This document shows positions 29,766 through 39,709 of a stretch of 64,000 nt of DNA, in pieces. How positions within the stretch are numbered: position 1 is the first letter of the stretch; every line of letters starts with the position of its first letter. The position numbers were made by a program, and so were the translations under genes. The stretch is taken from positions 2,304,001 through 2,368,000 of the forward strand of contig CBDCKW010000009.1 of assembly GCA_965218435.1 (NCBI GenBank), written 5' to 3'. Source of the DNA: Truepera sp. GTDB taxonomy: Bacteria > Deinococcota > Deinococci > Deinococcales > Trueperaceae. Under the pieces are notes generated by a model, which saw nothing but the letters and a program-made list of their open reading frames with translations, had not been told where the DNA came from and searched no databases.

Positions 29766-30487
29766 TTATACACCAAGGCGTTGCATAAACTCCTCGAGCT
29801 TCCCCGTAAACGCATCCGGTGCGTCGAGGTTCGCCACGTGTCCGGCGTTCGGTACCGTCTCAAACGTAGCGTGCGGGAGGCTTCCGGCTAGCTCTTGAGA
29901 TAGCGGCAAGTTGAGCTCGTCTTGGTCACCACATAAGACGAGCATAGGCACGTCAACGCTGTGTATCCAGGCCCGCGCGTCGAACTCGAGTTCAACCAGG
30001 TCAGCGAGACTTTCCGGCGTTAGGCAACCTACGTCTTCTAACGCCTGTGCCCGGTACGCTTCCGGCACGCCCTCGACGAGTTGAGGTAACACCATTTCCG
30101 AAAAGGTAGCCGGATCAAAGTTGCGAACGGCTTTAGCAGAGCTTTGCCGTTGTAAAATAGCCTCTTCAGCTAAGGAAACAAACCCGGCACTTAAGACGAG
30201 GCCACGAATGAGGTTGGGATGCGTATGCGTCAGCTCGAGCGCGACCAACGCCCCAAGTGACAACCCACATAGGTAGACGGGTTGCGCCCGCTCAGTAATG
30301 AGGGCGGCTACCACTTCGCTGGCTGAAGTCAAGGTAAACGGCCCCGGCTGCGAACCGTAACCCGGTAAACTCGGGGCGAGGACATGGTAGTGCTCGCCTA
30401 AGGCTGCCACGCACTTGCGCCCGTCCCCATACCGTGTAGCAGCACCAGCGTGCTTTGTTCCTGATTGCCCGCCTCGAGAAAGTCCAT
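29766..30487 (-). pseudogene. Alpha/beta hydrolase broken by a small deletion near 30400-30410
   Basis: MDFLEAG..LVLLHGMGTGASAWQP* (30487-30398) followed out of frame by VAALGEHYHV..GLSLG..GHVANL. Confidence 0.8.
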
Positions 30488-30529
30488 ACCCGACTTTACA
30501 CGAAGCGAGCCGAGCAGCCGCAAGCAGCT

Positions 30530-31519
30530 TCAGCCCCAGTGACGCCGCAAAAACGCCAGTTTTTTCTGCAACTGAAACGACTCACCTCCTTCGTGACGAT
30601 TAAAGGGCCAGACGACGATCTCTTTTTGACCAGCGTAATAGTTATACGCGGCGTATACGGTCGAAGGCGGACACACCTCATCCATCAGGCCGACCGAAAA
30701 GAGCGCCGACGCACGTGCGTGAGCGGCGAAGTTTACGCCGTCAAAGTACTCGAGCGTCCGAAACACCGTTTCTACCTTGTCCCGCTGCGTCTTGCAGTAC
30801 GCTGCGATCTCACCGTAGGGCAGCGCATCGGTCAGGTTGACGGCGCGGCGGTAGGCGCATAAAAAGGGCACGTCGGGGAGCGCGAGCTGCACGTCCGGGG
30901 CCAGCCCCAAACCGGAAAGTCCGGCAACGGCGAGCGTCAAGCCGCCTCCCTGACTCCCGCCTGAGAGGGCTAACCGTGAGGCGTCTACCCGCTCAAACGC
31001 TGCAGCAGTCTCTACCGCCCGTACCGCGTCGGTGATGAGGCGGCGATAGTAGTACGTGTGTGGGTCTAAAATCCCCCTCGTCATAAAACCAGGGATGCTC
31101 GGGCCACCTATCTCTAAACCGCCGCCCTGGTCCGGCGTGTCGCCCTGTCGCCAGCTGCTACCTTGCCCGCGCGTGTCCATGACCAGGTGGGCGTACCCGG
31201 CGCTGGCGTAGGTCAGCCAATCGGTTGCAAACCCGCGCCCGCCACCGTAACCAATGGTTTCAACAACGCACGGCAAGTTCGTCTCACCCTTCGGTAAGAG
31301 CAACCAGCCTTTAATCGGCTGTCCACCAAAACCGGCAAAGCTCACGTCAAACGTCTCTAAGGTTGTGAGTCCGGCGTCTACCGGGGCAAACTGAGCATTC
31401 AGCTCATAGGTGCGCGTTTCTGCTAGCGTCTCCGTCCAAAACTCGGTGAAGTCTCCGGGTTCGGTTCGTTCGGGGCGGTAGGTCTCGAGTTCTCCCAGCG
31501 GCAGGTCAAATAGCGCCAT
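30530..31519 (-). CDS. Acetyl xylan esterase / cephalosporin-C deacetylase (CE7)
   Basis: [46 protein letters not shown] before ATG 31519. Confidence 0.92.
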   Translation of the reverse strand: MALFDLPLGELETYRPERTEPGDFTEFWTETLAETRTYELNAQFAPVDAGLTTLETFDVSFAGFGGQPIKGWLLLPKGETNLPCVVETIGYGGGRGFATDWLTYASAGYAHLVMDTRGQGSSWRQGDTPDQGGGLEIGGPSIPGFMTRGILDPHTYYYRRLITDAVRAVETAAAFERVDASRLALSGGSQGGGLTLAVAGLSGLGLAPDVQLALPDVPFLCAYRRAVNLTDALPYGEIAAYCKTQRDKVETVFRTLEYFDGVNFAAHARASALFSVGLMDEVCPPSTVYAAYNYYAGQKEIVVWPFNRHEGGESFQLQKKLAFLRRHWG

Positions 31520-31586
31520 CGCAAGCTCCTCTCTAAAGCGCCCAGCATAACGCGTGGCGGGGCAAAAGACAGGGTACGCTAGAGGC

Positions 31587-32615
31587 ATGGAGAAGCTCAG
31601 ATGGGGCGTGTTGGGAACGGCGCGAATCGTAAGAAAGACGATTCCAGCACTGCAAAAGACGAAAAACGGGGTCGTTGTCGGTATTGCCAGCCGGGACGAG
31701 GAAAGGGCAAAGGCGTGCGCTGAAACCCACGGAATGATGCAGACGTTCGGGAGTTATGCGGCGCTGCTCGACGCCCCTGACATTGACGCGGTGTACATCA
31801 CGCTGCCTAACGCGCTGCACTACGAATGGGTCATCCGGTCTTTAGAGGCGGGCAAACACGTTTTGTGCGAAAAACCGCTCGCGCTGAGCACCGCCGAGTG
31901 TGAGGACGTCAAACGTGTAGCAGAAAAGACCGGCTTCAAGGTGTTGGAGGGCTTTATGTACCGCTTTCACCCGCGCTTTGAAATGTTGCAGGAACTGTTA
32001 CGGGAGCAAGTCGTCGGTGAGCTGACCTTTATCAATGTGGCGCATTCGTTTGCAGCAGAAGATCAGGGTAATATCCGCTGGTCGAGCGGGCTCGGGGGTG
32101 GAGCACTCTTTGACGTGGGGTGTTACTGCATCAATCTCAGCCGGACGCTGGCCGGGGCAGAGCCGCTCGAACTTTCCGCGTTTGCCAACTACGTGGACGC
32201 GAACGACGGCGGCCGAGTAGACTCGAGTTTTGCCGGAATGCTGCGTTTTCCAGCGGGCGTCACCGCGCGCTTTGATTGTGGGATGAACCTCGAGCGGCGC
32301 AACTATTTAGAGCTTGTCGGAACCCAGGGGCGGCTCTATCTGGAAAATCCGTTTAGCTTGCTGGAAGAAGATTCAGTCATCGAAGAGCGTCACTTCGGTC
32401 AAGACAGCATAAAGCACGAAATTGAGGGCACAAACCATTTTACGCGGATGGGTGAGGCGTTTGCCGAGGCTGTTTTGAACGGGACGCCGTTACGTTACGG
32501 GCTGGATGATGCGGTGGGGAACGCCCAAACTTTAGAGGCGCTCGCTGAAGCTGCCAGACGCGCAGATGCACAAGAACTGGACGTACAATTAGGCTCACAG
32601 GAGTTGGGCCTTTGA
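31587..32615 (+). CDS. Gfo/Idh/MocA family oxidoreductase
   Basis: [29 protein letters not shown]. Confidence 0.9.
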   Translation: MEKLRWGVLGTARIVRKTIPALQKTKNGVVVGIASRDEERAKACAETHGMMQTFGSYAALLDAPDIDAVYITLPNALHYEWVIRSLEAGKHVLCEKPLALSTAECEDVKRVAEKTGFKVLEGFMYRFHPRFEMLQELLREQVVGELTFINVAHSFAAEDQGNIRWSSGLGGGALFDVGCYCINLSRTLAGAEPLELSAFANYVDANDGGRVDSSFAGMLRFPAGVTARFDCGMNLERRNYLELVGTQGRLYLENPFSLLEEDSVIEERHFGQDSIKHEIEGTNHFTRMGEAFAEAVLNGTPLRYGLDDAVGNAQTLEALAEAARRADAQELDVQLGSQELGL

Positions 32616-33721
32616 CCGGCGCGAAACCGGTAGCGGTGGCAAAAGAGCTGTCCCGAGGGTTTAGCTCGAGAGCCGCCGACGCCGACCGTACCGGCACGTT
32701 GCCCCCCGAAGATATCGCGGCGTTTCAGGCGTCGGGTCTAGCGGCGCTGAGCGTTCCGCAAAGTCAAGGCGGGTTAGGCGCTGATTTAGGTTTAGCCACC
32801 GAGGTTTTGCTCACCCTCGCCCAGGGCAGCACCTCGACCGCGCTCGTAGCGACGATGCAGGTCAACTTGTTCGGTCACAGCGCCGAGACGCAGGCGTGGG
32901 GCGAGCACACCGAAACCTTTTGCAACCTCGCAGTCAAGGGCGAACTCTTTAACGCCGCCGCGAGCGAACCCCAGCTCGGTTCACCGTCGCGGGGCGGTCT
33001 GCCGGAGACCTACGCCGAGCGGCGCGGTGACACGCTCGTTCTGAACGGTCATAAAACTTGGGTGACGGGCGGGGAGCAGTTAGATCATCTGCTCGTCCGG
33101 GCCAGGATCGGCGACGAAGCCAAAACGGTCTGGTGCCCCAACCATCTGCCGGGTGTCCGCTGGGAGAACACCTGGGGCGGCGGTCTCAGCCTCCGGGCGA
33201 GCGGCTCGAACGATGTTTTTTTTGAAGGAGTCGAACTGCCTGCGTCTCATTTGCTGGACGACGGCCCCAAAGCCGTCAACGTGTGGTTTCCGCTGCTGAT
33301 CGGGGCGACCTATTTGGGCACAGCTTTGGCAGCTAGGGACACTGCTATCCACTACGCCCAAAACCGTGTCCCAACGGCGCTTGGCAAACCCATTGCCACC
33401 TTGCCGACGATTCAGCGGCAGTTGGGTGACATGGAGGTCAAACTGCTGGCAGCACAAACTCTGTTGTTAGACACGGCCCGTGCTTGGGACGGACGCGGCG
33501 ACCGGGACGCGTTCTATCCGCGTGTCGTCACCGCCAAATATGTTGCCGTCGAAACCGCGCTGAGCGTGACTGAAGCGGCTTTGCGGCTGGCAGGAGGCCC
33601 CAGCCTCTCTTCTGAGCTCCCCTTAGAACGCTTTTTCCGCGACGTGCGGGCCGGACTGATGCACCCCCCTTCGGGCGACGCCGCGTTAGAACTCGTCGGA
33701 CGGCACACGCTAGGGTCATAA
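32612..33721 (+). CDS. Acyl-CoA dehydrogenase family flavoprotein
   Basis: SEPQLGSPSRGG, LNGHKTWVTG, LRASGS, LERFFRDVRAG. Confidence 0.88.
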   Translation: MTGAKPVAVAKELSRGFSSRAADADRTGTLPPEDIAAFQASGLAALSVPQSQGGLGADLGLATEVLLTLAQGSTSTALVATMQVNLFGHSAETQAWGEHTETFCNLAVKGELFNAAASEPQLGSPSRGGLPETYAERRGDTLVLNGHKTWVTGGEQLDHLLVRARIGDEAKTVWCPNHLPGVRWENTWGGGLSLRASGSNDVFFEGVELPASHLLDDGPKAVNVWFPLLIGATYLGTALAARDTAIHYAQNRVPTALGKPIATLPTIQRQLGDMEVKLLAAQTLLLDTARAWDGRGDRDAFYPRVVTAKYVAVETALSVTEAALRLAGGPSLSSELPLERFFRDVRAGLMHPPSGDAALELVGRHTLGS

Positions 33722-33747
33722 ACCTTCTCAGGGGTAAACTGCCCCTT

Positions 33748-34833
33748 ATGCTCAGAAACCCCCTTAACTGGCTGCTCGTCTTCGTCCCCGTGACGTTCTG
33801 GCTTACGTTTACCCACGCGTCCGAAACCCTGATTTTCGGCGGCGCGTGTCTAGCCATTTTGCCCCTCGCCGGACTGATGGGCACCGCCACCGAGCAGCTT
33901 GCCTTCCGCACCGGCTCGACCATCGGCGGGTTGTTAAACGCCACCTTCGGCAACGCTACGGAGCTGATTATCGCGTTTTTTGCCCTCTCTGCCGGTAAGT
34001 TCAGCGTCGTCAAAGCGTCGTTGACCGGCTCGATTATCGGCAACTTGCTGCTGGTTTTGGGGCTCTCTATCTTTTTGGGCGGGCTCCGCTACACCAAGCA
34101 GACCTTTAACCGGCAAGCGGCGCAGGTCACGGCCAGCTTACTGCTGATTTCGGTGATCGCCTTTTTGGTCCCGGCGCTGTTTGACCTGACCGAACGCTCG
34201 CTCGGCGTCGGGGCGGCGACCGTTCGGATTGACGATACGCACCTCGCTTTAGGGGTGTCGCTCGTGCTGATCGGGCTTTACGTCGCTAACTTGGTCTTTA
34301 GTCTGGTCACGCACCGGGATATGCTTTCGGAATCGGATGACAGCCACGACGAAGAGGATAGCAGCTGGAGTCCACTGCTAGCCGTGGGCGTTTTGCTCGC
34401 GGCCACGGTACTCGTCGGCTTTATGTCCGAATATTTGGTGAACTCTTTAGAAGGTTTTACTACTGACCTCGGCCTATCCGAGTTTTTCGTCGGTCTGATC
34501 ATCATCCCCATCGTTGGGAACGCCGCCGAACACGCCGCCGCCGTGATGTTCGCCCTCAAAAACAAGATGGGACTGGCCGTGACAATTGCGCTCGGGTCAA
34601 CCACGCAGATTGCGCTTTTTGTCGCGCCACTCTTGGTCGTCTTGTCGTTTGTGATTGGGAAGCCGATGAACCTGATTTTGAACAATTCGCTCGAGCTCAT
34701 CGCCCTTATCGGCGCGGTGTTTATCGCCAACTCCGTGGCCCGTGACGGGGAGACGAACTGGCTCGAGGGGTTGATGCTTTTAGGCGTCTACCTGATTTTG
34801 GGGATTGCGTTTTTCTTTTTGCCGAGTGCATAA
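33748..34833 (+). CDS. cax: Ca2+/H+ exchanger (CaCA, ChaA/Cax)
   Basis: GGLLNATFGNATELI, GSIIGNLLLVLG, PIVGNAAEH, DGETNWLEG. Confidence 0.93.
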   Translation: MLRNPLNWLLVFVPVTFWLTFTHASETLIFGGACLAILPLAGLMGTATEQLAFRTGSTIGGLLNATFGNATELIIAFFALSAGKFSVVKASLTGSIIGNLLLVLGLSIFLGGLRYTKQTFNRQAAQVTASLLLISVIAFLVPALFDLTERSLGVGAATVRIDDTHLALGVSLVLIGLYVANLVFSLVTHRDMLSESDDSHDEEDSSWSPLLAVGVLLAATVLVGFMSEYLVNSLEGFTTDLGLSEFFVGLIIIPIVGNAAEHAAAVMFALKNKMGLAVTIALGSTTQIALFVAPLLVVLSFVIGKPMNLILNNSLELIALIGAVFIANSVARDGETNWLEGLMLLGVYLILGIAFFFLPSA

Positions 34834-34901
34834 GAAACCGTTACTTTTCTCAAAGTGCTCGGTTGCGGTTTCCCATAATATCTTAGAAAGCAACAAAAGC
34901 T

Positions 34902-35099
34902 TTAGTGTTTGGCCTGCTCTTTTGCGATCAAGGCTCGGACATCCCCTAAAAGTTCAACGGGAACCTGCATCAGCGTCTCTTCTACCGAGAGAGCCGCTTC
35001 GTCTTCTGCTGTAGCATCATCTTCGCTCTGCGTTTCGTAGTAGTCGACGACCCGCTTGACTTTATCTTCGTTCCAACCGGCGGGAAATTTGTTCTTCAT
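34902..35099 (-). CDS. Probable antitoxin partner of the BrnT/DUF4258-like toxin
   Basis: 65 aa, acidic, FPAGWNE..YYETQSEDD; 4-nt overlap with the toxin stop. Confidence 0.65.
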   Translation of the reverse strand: MKNKFPAGWNEDKVKRVVDYYETQSEDDATAEDEAALSVEETLMQVPVELLGDVRALIAKEQAKH

Positions 35100-35383
35100 A
35101 GCTTGCCTCCTTTCTTGTGGCGGCGTTTGTACGCAGCTAAGACTTTGCCTTTAAGTTCGTACGCAGTAACGACGAAAACGCGGTCGGGCTCTGGATCAGG
35201 CACATAGATGACGCGCAAGTAACGACCTCCCGACGTTTGACCTATAGCGATCCGCGAACCTTCACGACCCTGCCGGTCTTCGCCGGTATTGTAGAGAACA
35301 TCTTCGACTTCCCCTTCGTCAACGTTGTGCTTGTAGAGGTGCGGCAACTCGGTTTTAGGGTCGATATAGAAGCGGATGTCCAT
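35096..35383 (-). CDS. BrnT/DUF4258-like ribonuclease toxin
   Basis: KHNV..EVEDVL, IGQT.GGRYLRVIY, FVVTAY, basic tail. Confidence 0.7.
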   Translation of the reverse strand: MDIRFYIDPKTELPHLYKHNVDEGEVEDVLYNTGEDRQGREGSRIAIGQTSGGRYLRVIYVPDPEPDRVFVVTAYELKGKVLAAYKRRHKKGGKL

Positions 35384-35433
35384 AGGGTCCCTGCTGAGTC
35401 TACCGCAAACTCCGGTAAACGCTGCTTGACTTG

Positions 35434-35503
35434 CTCGAGGGCCTGATGCTTTTAGGGTCTATCTGATTTTGGGGATTGCGTTTTTCTTTTTGCGAGTGCT
35501 TAG
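35434..35503 (+). repeat. Degenerate second copy of the cax 3' end (partner at 34762-34833), starting at CTCGAG
   Basis: 70 vs 72 nt; five synonymous substitutions and two 1-nt deletions. Confidence 0.92.
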
Positions 35504-35727
35504 AGGTCGGCTCGAGCGTTTTGGACCGCACACCTTTTGAAAAGATTCAACAGTCCTCTCGAACTTGGGCTCGTCGGTACAGCCATCTCTTAAAAGCAGA
35601 TAGTCTTTTATAAGTTGGGAGGCAGCCTCGAACAAAACTTCAGGTGATTGACTCTGCTAGAAGGCTGTACAAAGTCGTCTTCTTCGCCTAGCTTGCCGTA
35701 GCGTTCTTGGATTGCCATAAGTTTCTT

Positions 35728-35918
35728 TTAGCACCGGGCTCGAGCTCTGGCAGCCTCGGCTTCTTTGCGCAGAAACTCGAGTTTTCCTGACGCTGCGTCT
35801 TTTCCAGCTGTTCATCCCAAAGCCCCCAGTCTTTTTCGGCTAGCCATTCACGGAGCTGAGTAAAGTCTTCGGGTGACAAGGCTTCTATTTCAGCTTTGAT
35901 TTGCTCAACTTGGGCCAT
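35728..35918 (-). pseudogene. Frameshifted, truncated antitoxin-like gene with no toxin partner
   Basis: MAQVEQIKAEIEALSPEDFTQLREWL..WDEQLE, a missing A in the run at 35800-35803, then DAASGKLEFLRKEAEAARAR; the family-like text appears to stop at CTCGAG 35739. Confidence 0.65.
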
Positions 35919-35956
35919 ATGCGAATTGTACGCGAAACTATAAGGGAGCAGACTTA

Positions 35957-37249
35957 TCACTCTCGCTCAACCAAACCCAAAGCTTTTTCCCACTCTTTTT
36001 TGAGTCTGTTGTTCCACAAATTGTTCACATCGGCATTTTCGTCTCGAGTAGATTCGTTCAAATGATTAGGTGCGTCAGCTAAAAGCTTAGCTAACATACG
36101 CTTCAACAGCAAAACCTTTGTTGCCTTATTACCAGGTTCAAAATTGTCATTCCAATCTTGAAAGGTATCTTCTCCAGAATGAACAAAAGAATTACGCCAG
36201 CGATAAGCACTTTCGATGGCTTGTCCACAATCAACAAGAGAGCGTCCTTTTAGATTCGCTAATCTAGGCAAAAGAACTGTTAATCTAAGTCGTTTTTCGT
36301 TGTCATTGTCAAGAAGTATTGCTTCAGCGGTAGTAGTTAAATACAAAACGGAAATCCCCATACCCTCAAAAGCTCCCGAGTTTCTTTCGGAGTCAATAGC
36401 TTTTGCAAAGAGTCGTAGTGCTTTGAAAAAACGGAATCTGAGCTTATTTTTATCTCTTTCAAGGACAATTTGCTGAAACAAGTCCCTAAATTTCTTTTGA
36501 TTGACTCTCTTAGCTATCCAACTGATGTCGAAGTTGCAGTCCCCCGTAAAATTCAAAGGTTTGTGCCTAAAGGCCTCATCGCTTTTAGCCCAGATAGCTA
36601 AGTGATTGACTTTTTTGCCTTGTGTTTCAGCTGAGAGAAAGCGGTGTTTTTGCTTGTCCTCATACTCGTATCCCCAATATATAACTTGCAATATAGCTAT
36701 AGACCAAAGAGCATAAAGCCTTGCCTGTCGGTAAACAAAATCTGTTTGATGATCTACTCTAATCGCCACCAAAGGATGGTCGAAAAAACCATCAGAACGA
36801 GATGCTTCGGTATGGCTGGCACGGGATTTTGCCTTTGCTATAGATACTTTACCCAAGCGTGCCAGCATGCTTATCTTGTCTTCTCTTGTTCCTGCCAGAA
36901 AGACAAAATCGCGCATTCTGACAGTAGATTTAAGGGTTGCATTTTGTAAAGGAACGATTACCCAATGCTCAGTCACCATTTTTTGCAGTAAGTCTTGTAG
37001 GTCACTGAGGAACTTGATGAAATCCCCTTCGTTGTAGTTGGGTTTTGTTTGTAATATATGGTCACGCAATAAAATCCCTATCGCATCTCCATAGGCTTCA
37101 TATGTCAAAATATCCTTGAAGTCAGAGGCTTTGGAAAGACCGTCAAGCAGATTTAGGGCAGGTTTGTTTTCCTCTAGGTCTAACTGCCACGACTTTTGAG
37201 ACTTACAGTTATATAAAAGGGACTCCACCATTCTACTAAGGCTGTCTAT
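35957..37249 (-). CDS. HEPN-domain protein (Apea-like), putative defence RNase; AT-rich
   Basis: C-terminal helical region TTAEAILL..AYRWRNSFVHSG (RxxxxH); AAGGAGG SD before an in-frame ATA at 37249 (first ATG at 37231). Confidence 0.7.
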   Translation of the reverse strand: MDSLSRMVESLLYNCKSQKSWQLDLEENKPALNLLDGLSKASDFKDILTYEAYGDAIGILLRDHILQTKPNYNEGDFIKFLSDLQDLLQKMVTEHWVIVPLQNATLKSTVRMRDFVFLAGTREDKISMLARLGKVSIAKAKSRASHTEASRSDGFFDHPLVAIRVDHQTDFVYRQARLYALWSIAILQVIYWGYEYEDKQKHRFLSAETQGKKVNHLAIWAKSDEAFRHKPLNFTGDCNFDISWIAKRVNQKKFRDLFQQIVLERDKNKLRFRFFKALRLFAKAIDSERNSGAFEGMGISVLYLTTTAEAILLDNDNEKRLRLTVLLPRLANLKGRSLVDCGQAIESAYRWRNSFVHSGEDTFQDWNDNFEPGNKATKVLLLKRMLAKLLADAPNHLNESTRDENADVNNLWNNRLKKEWEKALGLVERE

Positions 37250-37279
37250 GGGCTGCCTCCTTTGGTTAGAACAACATCT

Positions 37280-39709
37280 CTATTCCCCATAAGGTACCCA
37301 AATATTCTTCACCTGCACCGCCCGCCGCAAATACTCTCTTCCCTGCCCCTGCTCCGCGTCAAACCAGTCGCGGCGTTTGCCGTAATTCACCCACGTCCGC
37401 TTGAGGTTCCCCACACTCTCACGCTCGACCATAGCGCTCCCCGCTGCACTCCCGACATACCACAGCCCATCTACATCGTCGTGCTGCGCCAGCGTTTTGG
37501 CGAGGCCCTCACGCGGCCCGGTCACGATGTTGACGACGCCACCGGGAACGTCCGAAGTGTCTAAAACTTGATAGAGGTCAGTCGCAACGAGCGGATAACG
37601 TTCACTCGGCAAGACAATCACGCGGTTGCCCATTGCGACGCACGGCGCAACGAGCGACACGAAGCTCAGCAGCGGCGCGTCGTCCGGGCAGACGACGCCC
37701 ATCACGCCCAAAGGTTCATTCATCGCGAGCGTGACGTTGCGGGCCGGGACGCCGTGAACCTGACCGTCGTATTTATCGGCGTAAGCGGCGTAGTAGAAGA
37801 AGCGTTCGACGGACGCCAGTACCTCGGTTTCGGCTTTGCGGCGGGTGATGCCGGTCAGCTGCACGAGCCGCGCCTCAAATTCGGGTGCCCTCGCCGAGAG
37901 GTTTTCCGCCAGGTAGTACAGCACCTGAGCGCGAGCGTGCGCCGTCAGCTTCGTCCAGCCGGACGCTTTGCGCGCCGCTTCGACGGCGTTACGAACGTCT
38001 TTACGGTTGCCCTCACCGACTTCACCTACGAGTTTGCCTTTAGCGTCTACGACCCGGACGCTGTACCCGGAATCGGGGCGAGCTTGTTTACCGCCGATGT
38101 AGAGCTTAGGGGTGCGGTCAACCGCAGGCAGGGTAGCGTCAGTAGAGGGTAGCGCGTCATCAGGCAATGCAGCTACGTCTAAGTCGGCGTCGCCGTAGAG
38201 CGGCAGGCTTTTCTCCCAACTTGGTTTGACGTATTCGTAGAGCCCTTCACGGCCCCCTTCACGCCCAAAGCCCGACTCGCGGTAGCCGCCGAAGCCTGCC
38301 GCCGCGTCGAACTGATTCGTACAGTTGACCCACACGACCCCAGCTTTGATTTTGGGGGCAATGTCGAGCGCCAGGTTGACGTTTTCCGTCCAGACCGACG
38401 CCGCGAGGCCGTAGCGGGTGTTGTTGGCGAGTTCTACGGCTTCAGCGGGCGTGCGAAACGTCGAACCGACCAAAACCGGGCCGAAGATTTCAACTTGAGC
38501 AATGGTTGAGGCTGGTTCCGCGTCCATAAAGAGGGTCGGCGGAAAAAAGAATCCGGTTTGCGGGACGCTCCACGAGGGTTGGTAACACGTTGCGCCCTCC
38601 CTTCTCCCCTGTTCGACCAGGTGGGTGATTTTGTCTAATTGCACCTCAGCCACCACCGCGCCCATATCTATGGACTTGTCGAGCGGGTCGCCGACGCGCA
38701 GGGTTTCCATCCGAGCTCGTAGTTTAGCCGTAAGCGTGTCGGCAATGCCTTCTTGAACGAGCAAACGTGAACCCGCGCAGCAGACCTGCCCTTGGTTAAA
38801 CCAGATGGCGTCTACCACGCCCTCGACTACACTGTCCAAATCAGCATCTTCAAAGACGACGAAGGGCGACTTACCACCGAGTTCTAACGACAGCTTTTTT
38901 CCGCTCCCGGCACTCTGTTCTCGGATGAGCTTACCCACTTCGGTTGAGCCGGTAAACGCGAGCTTATCTACGCCGTCGTGATTGACCAGCAGTTCACCCG
39001 TGCGCCCGTCGCCCGTCACAATGTTGACAACCCCCGGCGGCAGCCCAATCTCTTGCGTGATTTCGGCGAACAGCAGCGCCGTCAGTGGGGTGAACTCGGC
39101 AGGTTTTAAGACGACGGTGTTGCCCATCGCTAAAGCCGGAGCAAGTTTCCACGAAAGCATCAGCACCGGGAAGTTCCAGGGGATAATCTGGCCGCAGACG
39201 CCGACGCTCTCATAACCGGGCAGCTCGGCGCTCATGAGTTGCGCCCAACCTGCGTGGTGGTAAAAATGGCGGACGGCGAGCGGAATGTCCAAATCCCTGG
39301 TCTCACGAATCGGTTTGCCGTTGTCTAAAGTTTCTAAAACGGCGAAAAGCCTCGAGTGCTTCTGTAACTGCCGCGCCAGCGCGTAAAGGTAACGTGCCCG
39401 CGCATGACCCGGGAGCCCCGACCACGCCGGAAACGCCTTACGCGCCGCAGCTACCGCAGCGTCTACATCTTTTTCGCCTGCCTGCGCGACGCTCGCCAGC
39501 ACCTCTTTAGTGGCCGGGTTAAGCGTCTCAAAACGCTCGCCGGATTTGGCCTTGACGAATTTGCCGCCGATGAACAGCTCGAGGCGACCCTTGTGACGTG
39601 CCAGCCAAGCGCACGCAGCGTCGGCGCTTTCAGGCGCGGGGCCGTAGTCCATCGTCTCGAAAATCTCCTTAACCGTCACACTATTTCTTACAGTATCTTT
39701 TACCGTCAT
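37280..39709 (-). CDS. Double-domain aldehyde dehydrogenase (ALDH16-like)
   Basis: IIPWNFP, FTGSTEVG, LELGGKSP, NQGQVCCAGSRL, EIFGP, then a second ALDH-like domain. Confidence 0.93.
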   Translation of the reverse strand: MTVKDTVRNSVTVKEIFETMDYGPAPESADAACAWLARHKGRLELFIGGKFVKAKSGERFETLNPATKEVLASVAQAGEKDVDAAVAAARKAFPAWSGLPGHARARYLYALARQLQKHSRLFAVLETLDNGKPIRETRDLDIPLAVRHFYHHAGWAQLMSAELPGYESVGVCGQIIPWNFPVLMLSWKLAPALAMGNTVVLKPAEFTPLTALLFAEITQEIGLPPGVVNIVTGDGRTGELLVNHDGVDKLAFTGSTEVGKLIREQSAGSGKKLSLELGGKSPFVVFEDADLDSVVEGVVDAIWFNQGQVCCAGSRLLVQEGIADTLTAKLRARMETLRVGDPLDKSIDMGAVVAEVQLDKITHLVEQGRREGATCYQPSWSVPQTGFFFPPTLFMDAEPASTIAQVEIFGPVLVGSTFRTPAEAVELANNTRYGLAASVWTENVNLALDIAPKIKAGVVWVNCTNQFDAAAGFGGYRESGFGREGGREGLYEYVKPSWEKSLPLYGDADLDVAALPDDALPSTDATLPAVDRTPKLYIGGKQARPDSGYSVRVVDAKGKLVGEVGEGNRKDVRNAVEAARKASGWTKLTAHARAQVLYYLAENLSARAPEFEARLVQLTGITRRKAETEVLASVERFFYYAAYADKYDGQVHGVPARNVTLAMNEPLGVMGVVCPDDAPLLSFVSLVAPCVAMGNRVIVLPSERYPLVATDLYQVLDTSDVPGGVVNIVTGPREGLAKTLAQHDDVDGLWYVGSAAGSAMVERESVGNLKRTWVNYGKRRDWFDAEQGQGREYLRRAVQVKNIWVPYGE

